Assembly (NCBI RefSeq): GCF_000018305.1
Contig: NC_009954.1
Location: forward strand, 1,590,001 to 1,622,000
Direction of reading: 5' to 3'
Length of the DNA: 32,000 bases
From: Caldivirga maquilingensis IC-167
GTDB lineage: Archaea > Thermoproteota > Thermoprotei > Thermoproteales > Thermocladiaceae
Shown here: in pieces, positions 17,854 through 25,855 of the stretch
Position numbering within the stretch: position 1 is the stretch's first letter
Layout: every line of letters starts with the position of its first letter
Translations under genes and position numbers: made by a program
Notes under the pieces: generated by a model
Databases searched by the model: none
Seen by the model: the letters and a program-made list of their open reading frames with translations, nothing else
Told to the model about the DNA's origin: nothing

Positions 17854-19594
17854 TTTAAAACCGAGACCTGGTATAGATAAATTATTGGAGGTACTTGATA
17901 GCAAGTTAAAAGGCCACGAAAAACCCTTTATTATTGCCGAGTTACCTACCGGTTACGGTAAAACCACAGCATCTCCTTATATTTATAAGTTAGTCAATGA
18001 GTACGGCATCTCGGACCGCGTAATTCACGTACTCCCCCTTAGGGCTATAATTAGAAAGCTCATTCAGGACATTACTGATGAAGGAACATGGATCGGCAGT
18101 TTATTTAGGGAAATTAGGCTAGGCATTAATGATATTGCCTATCAAATGGGCGAATTTGTCGTAAACGTTAGAAAGGAGCCGTTTTTCGACGCAAAGTACA
18201 CCTTAACGACTCTGGATTCCTTCGTCCATAATCTCTTTAAGATACCCATTACAGAGCTCTACAGAGACAAAAAGCATTACTTTATTCCGCTGGGCAGGAT
18301 ATTTACATCAACCGTACTTCTCGACGAAGCACACATAGCATTAGCCGCCGAATCCGAGAAAACAATCTCTACGGTAATTGCATCAATCAACGCACTACTT
18401 AGCTCGCACGTGCCTATAGTAATGATGACGGCCACATTACCGAGCAAGTACGAGAAATTAATAATTGAAAAAGTTAATAATATTAAGAAAGCCAGACCCA
18501 TAGTAATAAGGCTTGGGAAGAAGGAAGAGGTTAAAAGTAACGAAATCACAATAATCACAGTCCACGACCCAGATTTCGAAAACACGTATTCCAATGTTAA
18601 GTATGTGCACGAAAAGGTCTCTAAACTCAGGATCATTGATAAGGCAATGGATGAGGTAAATAATGGGAGGAGGGTCCTTATAGTTTTAAACAACATACGT
18701 AAGGTCATAAACATTTATAGAGAAATCAGTGATAGAATTAATGACAGCGACATTGCGTTGGTACATTCTAAATTAATAGGACGAGATAGAGAAATGTATG
18801 AGAGCAGAATCAATAAGGTGAAGGTCCTCATTGGTACTAGTGCCATAGAGGCAGGCGTTGATGTATCATTCGATACATTAATAACTACTATCGACAACCC
18901 AATGTCCTTTATTCAGAGGATAGGTAGGATTTGCAGGAAGGGTCCGGACGACTGCGCCGATGGGGAGGGAAGAATATACTTGATTAATGATGATTCAGAT
19001 AACCTAGAGGGGGCAATTAACTATGTTCTCACTAAGAAAATAAATTGGCGACTGCCCTATAACGTGAGTAATGACTTCATGGGCTACATGGAGTTCCTGG
19101 AAACCTTTACGGAAAAGATGGGTGCAATAACTTATGACGAAAGGCACCTAAGTATTCTCAATAGGGTGTTCATGAACATTTACATCTCAAGCAAAACATT
19201 GAATGAGCTACTTAAGTTAACTAGGGGGTCTTTGCTCAGGGAGCCCCTGATAAATGTATTCATTGGTGACCTCAATAAGCCATGTAGCGATGTGGGGATC
19301 AATGAATTTTTAGAGCGGTCATTTACTATAGACTTAAGTGAGGTGGTGTTAAATAAAAGTGGATTCTGCGCAAAAATGAAAGAGTGCATGGTGGGGATTG
19401 GGATACTTGAGAATGATGTATTAAGCTGCAGTTACCTTACTAACGACTCTGAAGACTTTAAAAAGAGTCTCTGTACTGACAACGTTTATAACATGTTCTT
19501 CAAACTAGTTGAGAAATATAAGGCACCATTAGTTATAATTATTAAAGATGAGTGTTACGAGGAAGGCATAGGCTTCAAACTCCACGGTGGTTAA
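17846..19594 (+). CDS. cas3: Cas3' (stand-alone Cas3 SF2 helicase)
   Basis: Walker A LPTGYGKT, DEAH box LLDEAH, motif III MMTATLP, and helicase C-terminal motifs TSAIEAGVD and IQRIGRICR. ATG 17846 is preferred over the track start 17780, which overlaps the previous gene by 74 nt. Confidence 0.9.
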   Translation: MPNLKPRPGIDKLLEVLDSKLKGHEKPFIIAELPTGYGKTTASPYIYKLVNEYGISDRVIHVLPLRAIIRKLIQDITDEGTWIGSLFREIRLGINDIAYQMGEFVVNVRKEPFFDAKYTLTTLDSFVHNLFKIPITELYRDKKHYFIPLGRIFTSTVLLDEAHIALAAESEKTISTVIASINALLSSHVPIVMMTATLPSKYEKLIIEKVNNIKKARPIVIRLGKKEEVKSNEITIITVHDPDFENTYSNVKYVHEKVSKLRIIDKAMDEVNNGRRVLIVLNNIRKVINIYREISDRINDSDIALVHSKLIGRDREMYESRINKVKVLIGTSAIEAGVDVSFDTLITTIDNPMSFIQRIGRICRKGPDDCADGEGRIYLINDDSDNLEGAINYVLTKKINWRLPYNVSNDFMGYMEFLETFTEKMGAITYDERHLSILNRVFMNIYISSKTLNELLKLTRGSLLREPLINVFIGDLNKPCSDVGINEFLERSFTIDLSEVVLNKSGFCAKMKECMVGIGILENDVLSCSYLTNDSEDFKKSLCTDNVYNMFFKLVEKYKAPLVIIIKDECYEEGIGFKLHGG

Positions 19595-20359
19595 ATGCCT
19601 TGCTGGGCCTACTACCCTAAGCAAGACATGGGGGACCGCGAGAAGCCTGAGGAATACTACTTACACATTAATGACATAATTGACTATATGAGTAAGTCAC
19701 CCTTGTTAAGCGCTATCGTGAAGAAAATAAAGTACATAACCAATATAGAGGAGGAATTCATTGTAGACTTTATACTATTAAGCGGATTGTTCCACGACAT
19801 TGGGAAAACGATTATTCATTACCAGAAAAACCCCGTGAACTTCAGTGGCCATGAAGTCGCAAGCATGGTGTTTGTGTACCATGCACTCATAAAGATAGGC
19901 TTACTTAAGAGCAACGACATTATCAAGAAGTTAATGGAAAGTAGCAACACCGGTAAGAAGGAGTTATACGCAGCACTCACCCTGGTACCAATATTCCTAC
20001 ACCACTATGCATTCGGGAACTTTAACGAAAGAATCAAAAAGGGTCTAGAGCTAGTAAACAATAAGGACGACTTTAGAATCTACGATGATTGCAAAGACGA
20101 AATCGAGAAAACCCTTAAGTACATAAATGAAATTATAAAAAGTGAAGAAGCAATCAAGGTAATCAAGGCAGCTAAGGAATTAATAACAACAAATGACCTC
20201 CACATAGTAATTCACAAACTAGATGACCAGGTCGAAAAAGACCTACCCTACTTAAGTTCAGACAGCATCAACCTCCGCATTGCATCAACCGTACTTTCAT
20301 TACTCAATGAAGCAGACGGCAGGGTATCCATAAAAAACCGCCGCAGAAACCCTAAATGA
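19595..20359 (+). CDS. cas3: Cas3'' (stand-alone HD nuclease)
   Basis: HD motif LSGLFHDIGK, followed by H-containing motifs (FSGHEVAS, FLHHYAF). Starts directly after the cas3' stop. Confidence 0.85.
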   Translation: MPCWAYYPKQDMGDREKPEEYYLHINDIIDYMSKSPLLSAIVKKIKYITNIEEEFIVDFILLSGLFHDIGKTIIHYQKNPVNFSGHEVASMVFVYHALIKIGLLKSNDIIKKLMESSNTGKKELYAALTLVPIFLHHYAFGNFNERIKKGLELVNNKDDFRIYDDCKDEIEKTLKYINEIIKSEEAIKVIKAAKELITTNDLHIVIHKLDDQVEKDLPYLSSDSINLRIASTVLSLLNEADGRVSIKNRRRNPK

Positions 20360-20413
20360 ATTCAGAACTCTAATCTCATGATTACGTATATCACACTTGA
20401 TATATAAATCCTT

Positions 20414-21264
20414 TTAAGTGCGGTTCTTAATCCTGGCCTCCCTGTAACTTAATACCTTATGCTCTTGCATACCCTAGCCCTATGGATCTATTTTGTCTAC
20501 TCCAGTATTGTTATGGTCTTTATTACTTCCTTCATTATTGTTACTGGGGATGGTCTTGTGAATGTTATATAGATGGTTCTTGATGTGAACACCTTCATGG
20601 TCCTCTTCACGTTTTCCATGATTCCTAGGTTTATGGCTATTATCCTGTGCCTCCTTATGCCTATTAGCTCTGTGTTTATTGCGATTCTTTGGCTATCTCC
20701 TTAGATTTATGTTCTTCACGATGCCTATGTATTCATTGCCCTTTTCCTTACTATTATTTCTTTAATTTGGTTAATATTTCGCTTATTGTGTTCATAGCAT
20801 TAATTACGAACATACTGAGACTTAGGTAGAGTATGTACCTTGATCTGAATTTGAATGCTGCGGGTCTGTAGTCCATGATCCAGGTTATCAATGCACCATA
20901 TGTCCCGGCCTCGTCCTCTACTATGTTCATTAATGCTATCCTAGCTCTGGCATTATTGATTATCAACTCGTGGTTTTTAGTAAACCGCTTCATAAGCGCA
21001 TCCCTAGCCTTCTCACTTATCGTGGTTACACTGAATGTATATACTTGCCTTGGATTAAGCTTATTATTTAGTCAGTTCTTCTTCCCTATCCATTATTGGC
21101 GTTATGTATAGGTGCTTCCTAGCCCTATGGTCTATGTTTATCCCATTTCCGCTCAGTGCCCTTGTTATTAATGCATTTAGGAATAACCCATGCCACTTAG
21201 CAAACAACACAGGAGACTCTGGGATGAATCCCACAGTCACCTTGTAAAGCTTAACCACATACAT
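20414..21264 (-). pseudogene. cas6: Probable decayed cas6 (fragments in three frames with in-frame stops)
   Basis: (i) Intact 66-aa N-terminal ORF with a Cas6-like start (YKVTVGFIPESPVLFAKWHGLFLNALI ... RKHLYITPIM). (ii) A second frame continues with NPRQVYTFSVTT ... ELIINNARARIALMNIVE. (iii) Near the 3' end TGVDKIDP*G*GM aligns with the Cas6 glycine-rich loop G.G.....G.GM, with TAG stops at 20480-20482 and 20474-20476. Total length of about 280 codons is Cas6-like. Assignment rests on pattern memory only. Confidence 0.35.
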
Positions 21265-21611
21265 TAATCAAACCCCTAATAATAAGCGTTCTCAATCATG
21301 GATAAGCTAAGCCTTAATAGAAACAGGCATTGCAATCGAATATATTCACAGTGGTTGTGTTGGTTTGTGGTTTTATTCTTGTTTGTGATTCCTGTCTTCT
21401 TTCATTGAGTCAAATATATACTCTATATATTATCATCGGCACAGTTTCATTATCATTCTTCATTTCTTTCAATTAGCACAACCATTAGGGGGCTTCATTA
21501 CATCATCAGCACAGGAATGTGAGAGCACAGAATAGCAGAATGGTTGTGCTAATGATAAACAAAACAGGCAGTAGAGTAAAACTTAAAAACCCTAAAAAAG
21601 CTGATAACTCA
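21265..21611 (+). promoter_or_regulatory. CRISPR leader
   Basis: A/T-rich non-coding stretch next to the well-conserved end of the array; the degenerate repeat is at the far end. TATA-like TTAAAAA at 21583-21589, 23-29 nt before the first repeat. Confidence 0.6.
21472..21553. repeat. 15-bp perfect inverted repeat inside the leader
   Basis: ATTAGCACAACCATT (21472-21486) and its exact reverse complement AATGGTTGTGCTAAT (21539-21553), separated by 52 nt. Confidence 0.9.
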
Positions 21612-22094
21612 GAAAATCCCAAAAGGGATTAGAAAGTATTGCATAATCAAGCAATTTAGCATAACCCCATCCGCTTACGAAAATCCCAAAAGGGATTAGA
21701 AAGATATTGGTATCATTGAGTTCACCAATACGTTTTATAACAAGTGACCTGAAAATCCCAAAAGGGATTAGAAAGGTCAGGTGGGTTGATAACCAATTCA
21801 AGCCCATAGATATACTTGAGAAAATCCCAAAAGGGATTAGAAAGTGTTTCCGAAGGCGTTGCTCCACGTTAGGTACCCGTTGATAATCGTAAATCCCAAA
21901 AGGGATTAGAAAGCATGTAGGGGATAGATCCCTATGCACCCCGATTATATCAAGTAAATCCCAAAAGGGATTAGAAAGTGCATTATGAGGGCGTCCGCTA
22001 TTAAACCGTGGCCTGGGGTTAGAAAATCCCAAAAGGGATTAGAAAGGCATGGGGTGTAGCTGATATATCAGAGAATCTCAAAAGGATTAGGTGG
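21612..22094 (+). CRISPR. CRISPR array: 7 repeats of 25 nt plus 1 degenerate terminal repeat
   Basis: Consensus GAAAATCCCAAAAGGGATTAGAAAG with an internal ATCCC/GGGAT stem. Repeats start at 21612, 21679, 21751, 21820, 21889, 21954 and 22022; the degenerate copy is at 22071-22094. Spacer lengths are 42, 47, 44, 44, 40, 43 and 24 nt. Plus orientation is supported by leader position and the GAAAG 3' end typical of crenarchaeal repeats. Confidence 0.95.
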
Positions 22095-22539
22095 TTAGTT
22101 TACTTCTTATTAGGGTGCTTGAGAGTTTTACTCCGTAGCCGTCCTTAATTATTGGTATTGATATGATTACTAGTGGGTTTAAGCCGTTCTTGATCCTAAT
22201 GTTATTTATCTCGAATGCCCTGGGTAGTGTTTCTAGGCTGACAACTATACCGTCTATGCTGTTGTCTGATACTGCAGGGCCGTATGGGTCGCTTATCTTT
22301 GATATGATTACCTTATCCTTATCAGTCTGTAGTTCTCTTGTTAACATTGTTAATAGTGCTTTAACCCTTTCTTCAAATGGCTTAACCTTATAGGACTTAT
22401 ACGATTGGGCGAATTCATCGCTGGTGACGCCGATGAGTATTCTTTCACCGTACTTAACAGCTGTGTAGAGTATCATAATGTGTCCACTGTGTATTGTGTC
22501 GAATGTACCACCCAGTGCGATCTTATGGAGCCTTAACAT
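22087..22539 (-). CDS. coaD: Phosphopantetheine adenylyltransferase (archaeal PPAT, cytidylyltransferase family)
   Basis: GGTFDTIHSGH nucleotidyltransferase (H/T)xGH motif. About 150 aa, the size of archaeal PPAT. Confidence 0.75.
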   Translation of the reverse strand: MLRLHKIALGGTFDTIHSGHIMILYTAVKYGERILIGVTSDEFAQSYKSYKVKPFEERVKALLTMLTRELQTDKDKVIISKISDPYGPAVSDNSIDGIVVSLETLPRAFEINNIRIKNGLNPLVIISIPIIKDGYGVKLSSTLIRSKLTT

Positions 22540-22666
22540 AATTCTCTAAATTCAATACGCCGCCTCGGTAATATTAACTTTATGCGTATTCATCATTAAC
22601 CCGTTTATTAGGTGATGTGCTTTAGCTGGAACAAAACTTATTAAAAACCTAAACTAGGGCAGCATT

Positions 22667-22906
22667 ATGGCGAGTAGGTGTATGAAGTTCGTTCAAGACG
22701 AGTTAAGCTCAGTGGTGGGAAGCACGGTGCTGGTTAAGTTAAGGGATGGTACAACCATAAGGGGTACCTTGAAGAACTATGACCAGCACATGAATCTACT
22801 GCTGGATGACACAGAGGAGATAATAGACCCTAAGACATCCATTAAGAGGGGTATGGTTGTGATAAGAGGGGACACTGTTCTCTTCGTATCGCCAATAACA
22901 ACATAG
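22667..22906 (+). CDS. Sm-like (LSm) archaeal protein
   Basis: Sm1 motif VLVKLRDGTTIRGTLKNYDQHMNLLLDD and Sm2 motif VVIRGDTVLFVSP. 79 aa. Confidence 0.9.
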   Translation: MASRCMKFVQDELSSVVGSTVLVKLRDGTTIRGTLKNYDQHMNLLLDDTEEIIDPKTSIKRGMVVIRGDTVLFVSPITT

Positions 22907-23022
22907 TGCTTGAAATGCATGCAGGAAGTTGCAGGTATTATTCATTATTCGGAGGAGCATCTATTCATGGGTACATTACGGGTTACTGGATGTTGATTAA
23001 GTGATTAAAGCGGAGATAATGA

Positions 23023-23727
23023 ATGCGCCCCATCTGTGCCCTATTCTCAGGGGGTAAGGATTCAACCTACGCCATTCATTGGGCTATTATGCATGGATTC
23101 GACGTTAAGTGCCTGGTTACCTTAATGCCCAGTAGGGAGGATTCCTGGATGTTCCATAAGCCAGCTATTGAGTATACTAGGCTTCAGGCAGAGTCCATGG
23201 GGATTAGGCAGATAATTGAAGCCACCAGTGGGGTTAGGGGTGAGGAATTAGTTGACTTAAGGAGGGCTTTAAAGAGGGCTATGGATGAATGCGGAGTCAC
23301 CGGTGTAGTTACTGGTGCATTACTCTCAGATTACCAGAGGATGAACATTAACATGATTTCCGAGGAATTGAAGATAAAGGCGTACTCCCCACTTTGGAGG
23401 AAGAACCAGGCTAAATACCTCATGGAGCTTCATGATGCTGGTCTAAGATTCATAGTAACCTCAATAGATGCATACGGCCTCAACCCGCGATTACTGGGTA
23501 AGGTTTTAGATAAAACGGACATAGAGTACATTATTGAATCAGCGCAGAGATACGGCTTCAACCCAGCCTTTGAGGGGGGTGAGGCGGAGACCTTCGTTGT
23601 TGATGCCCCATTATTCAGGAGAAGCATTAAGGTAAGGGGTTATGTTAAGAGGGTTGGGGAGTATTCGTGGAGATTCATAATAACTGATGCATTACTTGAA
23701 GGTAAACTACCTCACCTTGGAGGGTGA
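23023..23727 (+). CDS. PP-loop ATPase of the MJ0570/Dph6 family (diphthine-ammonia ligase-like)
   Basis: N-terminal ALFSGGKDS PP-loop and GALLSDYQR motif. About 230 aa, typical of the archaeal DUF71/Dph6 family. Confidence 0.7.
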   Translation: MRPICALFSGGKDSTYAIHWAIMHGFDVKCLVTLMPSREDSWMFHKPAIEYTRLQAESMGIRQIIEATSGVRGEELVDLRRALKRAMDECGVTGVVTGALLSDYQRMNINMISEELKIKAYSPLWRKNQAKYLMELHDAGLRFIVTSIDAYGLNPRLLGKVLDKTDIEYIIESAQRYGFNPAFEGGEAETFVVDAPLFRRSIKVRGYVKRVGEYSWRFIITDALLEGKLPHLGG

Positions 23728-23862
23728 GGCTTCCTGCTTCATTACCCCACCTTAAAAAGACTGGGCTTGCGTTATTTTTATAAGTCACAGCACCTTTAGG
23801 TTAACCCAGTCCCCCGTGATTTAATTTAAGGTGATTTAAGTGAAGAACATGACACTGTGTAG

Positions 23863-23882
23863 AGTAATGCATATGCATTACT
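23863..23882. repeat. 20-bp perfect palindrome in a long intergenic region
   Basis: AGTAATGCATATGCATTACT equals its own reverse complement. It lies in the 340-nt gap between the Dph6-like gene and the aIF2-gamma gene. Confidence 0.9.
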
Positions 23883-24067
23883 GCAATTGCTTACGCATTC
23901 CCCCTAGGTACCTTGGCTCTAGGCATGACTCCCCAGGGTTGCTTTCTTATCCTAGTGTTGAATTATCCTCCTCATATAGTGAATTCTAGTGTTGTGAATG
24001 ATTTAGAAGTAGGGAATGGGGTTAGGTAGGTTAAAGTTTTTAAGGTAAGCATCATTGGCTGATTGAA

Positions 24068-25294
24068 ATGCAGGAATACACTTACCCGGATTCAATAGTG
24101 ATAACGGCTGGTCACGTTGACCATGGCAAGACAACGGTAGTTCAAGCACTCAGTAGTGAGTGGGTTGCTAGGCATAGTGAGGAGATTAAGAGGGCTATGA
24201 CGATTAAACTGGGTTACACTAACGTTGACTTATATGAGTGCGGTGGGGAGTATCCAATAGTCCCCATTGGGTTAATTAAGGATGGTAAATGCCCAGACGG
24301 CTCTGAGGCTAGGTTCGTTAGGAGAATATCAATACTTGACGCCCCCGGTCATGAGGTCTTGCTCTCAACAATGATTAGTGGGATTTCATTCGTTGATGGT
24401 GCGTTAATGGTTATTGACGCCTCAATGCAGGCTCCGCAGCCTCAGACTGAGGAGCATTTCATAGCGTTAACAATAATGGGTACTAAGAGCCTTGTTATTG
24501 CTCAGAATAAGGTTGATTTAGTTAATAGGGATAAGGCCATTGAGAATTACATGCAGATTAGGGGGTTCATAAAGGGTACTTGGGCTGAGGGGGCGCCTAT
24601 AATACCGATATCGGCGCTTCACAGGGTTAACATTGATGCCTTAGCCTCAACATTAAATAACGTGATTAAGCCTAAGGCAATTGATTTAAGTAAACCACCA
24701 ATAATGTATGTTTTAAGGAGCTTTAACGTAAACAAACCCGGTACACCACCAAGTAAACTAATGGGTGGTGTAATAGGTGGTACACTGCTGCAGGGTAGGA
24801 TTAGGGTTAATGATGAGGTTGAGATTAGGCCAGGCCTTAAACTTGGGGATAAATACATGCCGATTAGGACTAAGGTGGTTAGCATAGCTATTGGAAACCA
24901 GTTAATTGAGGAGGCTAGGCCAGGTGGATTAGTGGGTATTGGTACGTTACTTGACCCAGCATTAACCAAGGCAGACGCCCTAGTGGGTAGTGTTGTCGGG
25001 GAACCAGGTAAATTAGCCCCAGTCTACGGGAGCATTGACATTGAGTACCATTCAATAAGCAGAAAAGGCATAGATTCATCACTTAAGGTTGGGGAACCGG
25101 TAATGGTTATCATTGGGTCAGCCTCAGTAATGGGTATTGTAAGGAGCTTCAAAGGCGACTCAGCATCAATAGACCTCAGGAGAGGTGTCTGCACCCAGGA
25201 GGGGGCTAAGTTAGTTGTCATTAAGCAGGTAACCGGGAGGTGGAGGATTGTTGGCTGGGGTAAGTTAAAGGGAGGTAGGGTGCTTTTAGATTAA
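24068..25294 (+). CDS. eif2g: Translation initiation factor aIF2 gamma subunit
   Basis: GTPase motifs GHVDHGKTT (G1), DAPGHE (G3) and QNKVDL (G4). 408 aa with EF-Tu-like domains II and III. Confidence 0.95.
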   Translation: MQEYTYPDSIVITAGHVDHGKTTVVQALSSEWVARHSEEIKRAMTIKLGYTNVDLYECGGEYPIVPIGLIKDGKCPDGSEARFVRRISILDAPGHEVLLSTMISGISFVDGALMVIDASMQAPQPQTEEHFIALTIMGTKSLVIAQNKVDLVNRDKAIENYMQIRGFIKGTWAEGAPIIPISALHRVNIDALASTLNNVIKPKAIDLSKPPIMYVLRSFNVNKPGTPPSKLMGGVIGGTLLQGRIRVNDEVEIRPGLKLGDKYMPIRTKVVSIAIGNQLIEEARPGGLVGIGTLLDPALTKADALVGSVVGEPGKLAPVYGSIDIEYHSISRKGIDSSLKVGEPVMVIIGSASVMGIVRSFKGDSASIDLRRGVCTQEGAKLVVIKQVTGRWRIVGWGKLKGGRVLLD

Positions 25295-25334
25295 CCTATC
25301 TTAAGCTTATTAACCCTGATTAAGCTAAGCATTA

Positions 25335-25799
25335 ATGAGCAGGGAGTACCCCAAGTACCCCTTAGTTGGTGTTGGGGCAGTGGTGATTAATAATGGGAAA
25401 ATACTACTCGTTAAAAGGGCTAATGAACCAGGTAAAGGTAAGTTAAGCATACCCGGCGGCATGGTTAATGCAGGCGAGGACCCGGGTGATGCAGCTGTTA
25501 GGGAACTTGAGGAGGAGACTGGGCTGAGGGGTGTGGTTAATCTGCTTCTCGGGGTTTACCAATACGTGGAGCATGATGATAAGGGTAACGTTAAGTACCA
25601 CTTCATACTATTGGATTACCTCATTAATGTTAAGGGTGGTTCACTTAAGGCATCAAGCGACGCCGCTGAGGCTCTCTTCATTGATTTAAATGAGGCATTA
25701 AACATGAATTTAACGGAAACCACCAGGGAATTAATCAACGATATTTTATCTAAGGGAATTAACCCATGTGTGGGGTCAATGAGCATTATTAAGCGTTAA
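25335..25799 (+). CDS. NUDIX hydrolase
   Basis: Nudix box GGMVNAGEDPGDAAVRELEEETGL. Confidence 0.85.
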   Translation: MSREYPKYPLVGVGAVVINNGKILLVKRANEPGKGKLSIPGGMVNAGEDPGDAAVRELEEETGLRGVVNLLLGVYQYVEHDDKGNVKYHFILLDYLINVKGGSLKASSDAAEALFIDLNEALNMNLTETTRELINDILSKGINPCVGSMSIIKR

Positions 25800-25855
25800 C
25801 CAACCCCCACCTTTTTAAGGGGGAATCAGCAAGTGGTTAAGGACGGTGATTAAGA

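Noticed and set aside
20483-20697. About 70 codons of open minus-strand frame, extremely rich in His, Asn and Lys (PKNRNKHRANRHKEAQDNSHKPRNHGKREEDHEGVH...) with no start codon
   Set aside because: I considered a His-rich metal-binding peptide. However, an alternative frame over the same DNA reads far more protein-like (IGIRRHRIIAINLGIMENVKRTMKVFTSRTIYITF...). I treat the whole region as decayed coding sequence.
20875-21111. 78-aa plus-strand ORF in the region between cas3'' and the leader
   Set aside because: It is antisense to the cas6-like remnant and reads as a hydrophobic low-complexity sequence. There is no start context, so it is most likely spurious.
21592-22032. 146-aa minus-strand ORF with a periodic FLIPFGIF motif
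   Set aside because: It is simply a translation through the CRISPR repeats. The periodicity equals the repeat-spacer unit, so it is not a gene.
22540-22666. Possible C/D-box sRNA in the coaD/Sm intergenic region (GTGATGT near 22611) and in 22907-23022
   Set aside because: There is no proper RUGAUGA C box paired with a CUGA D box at the right spacing. The region is adequately explained by divergent promoters.
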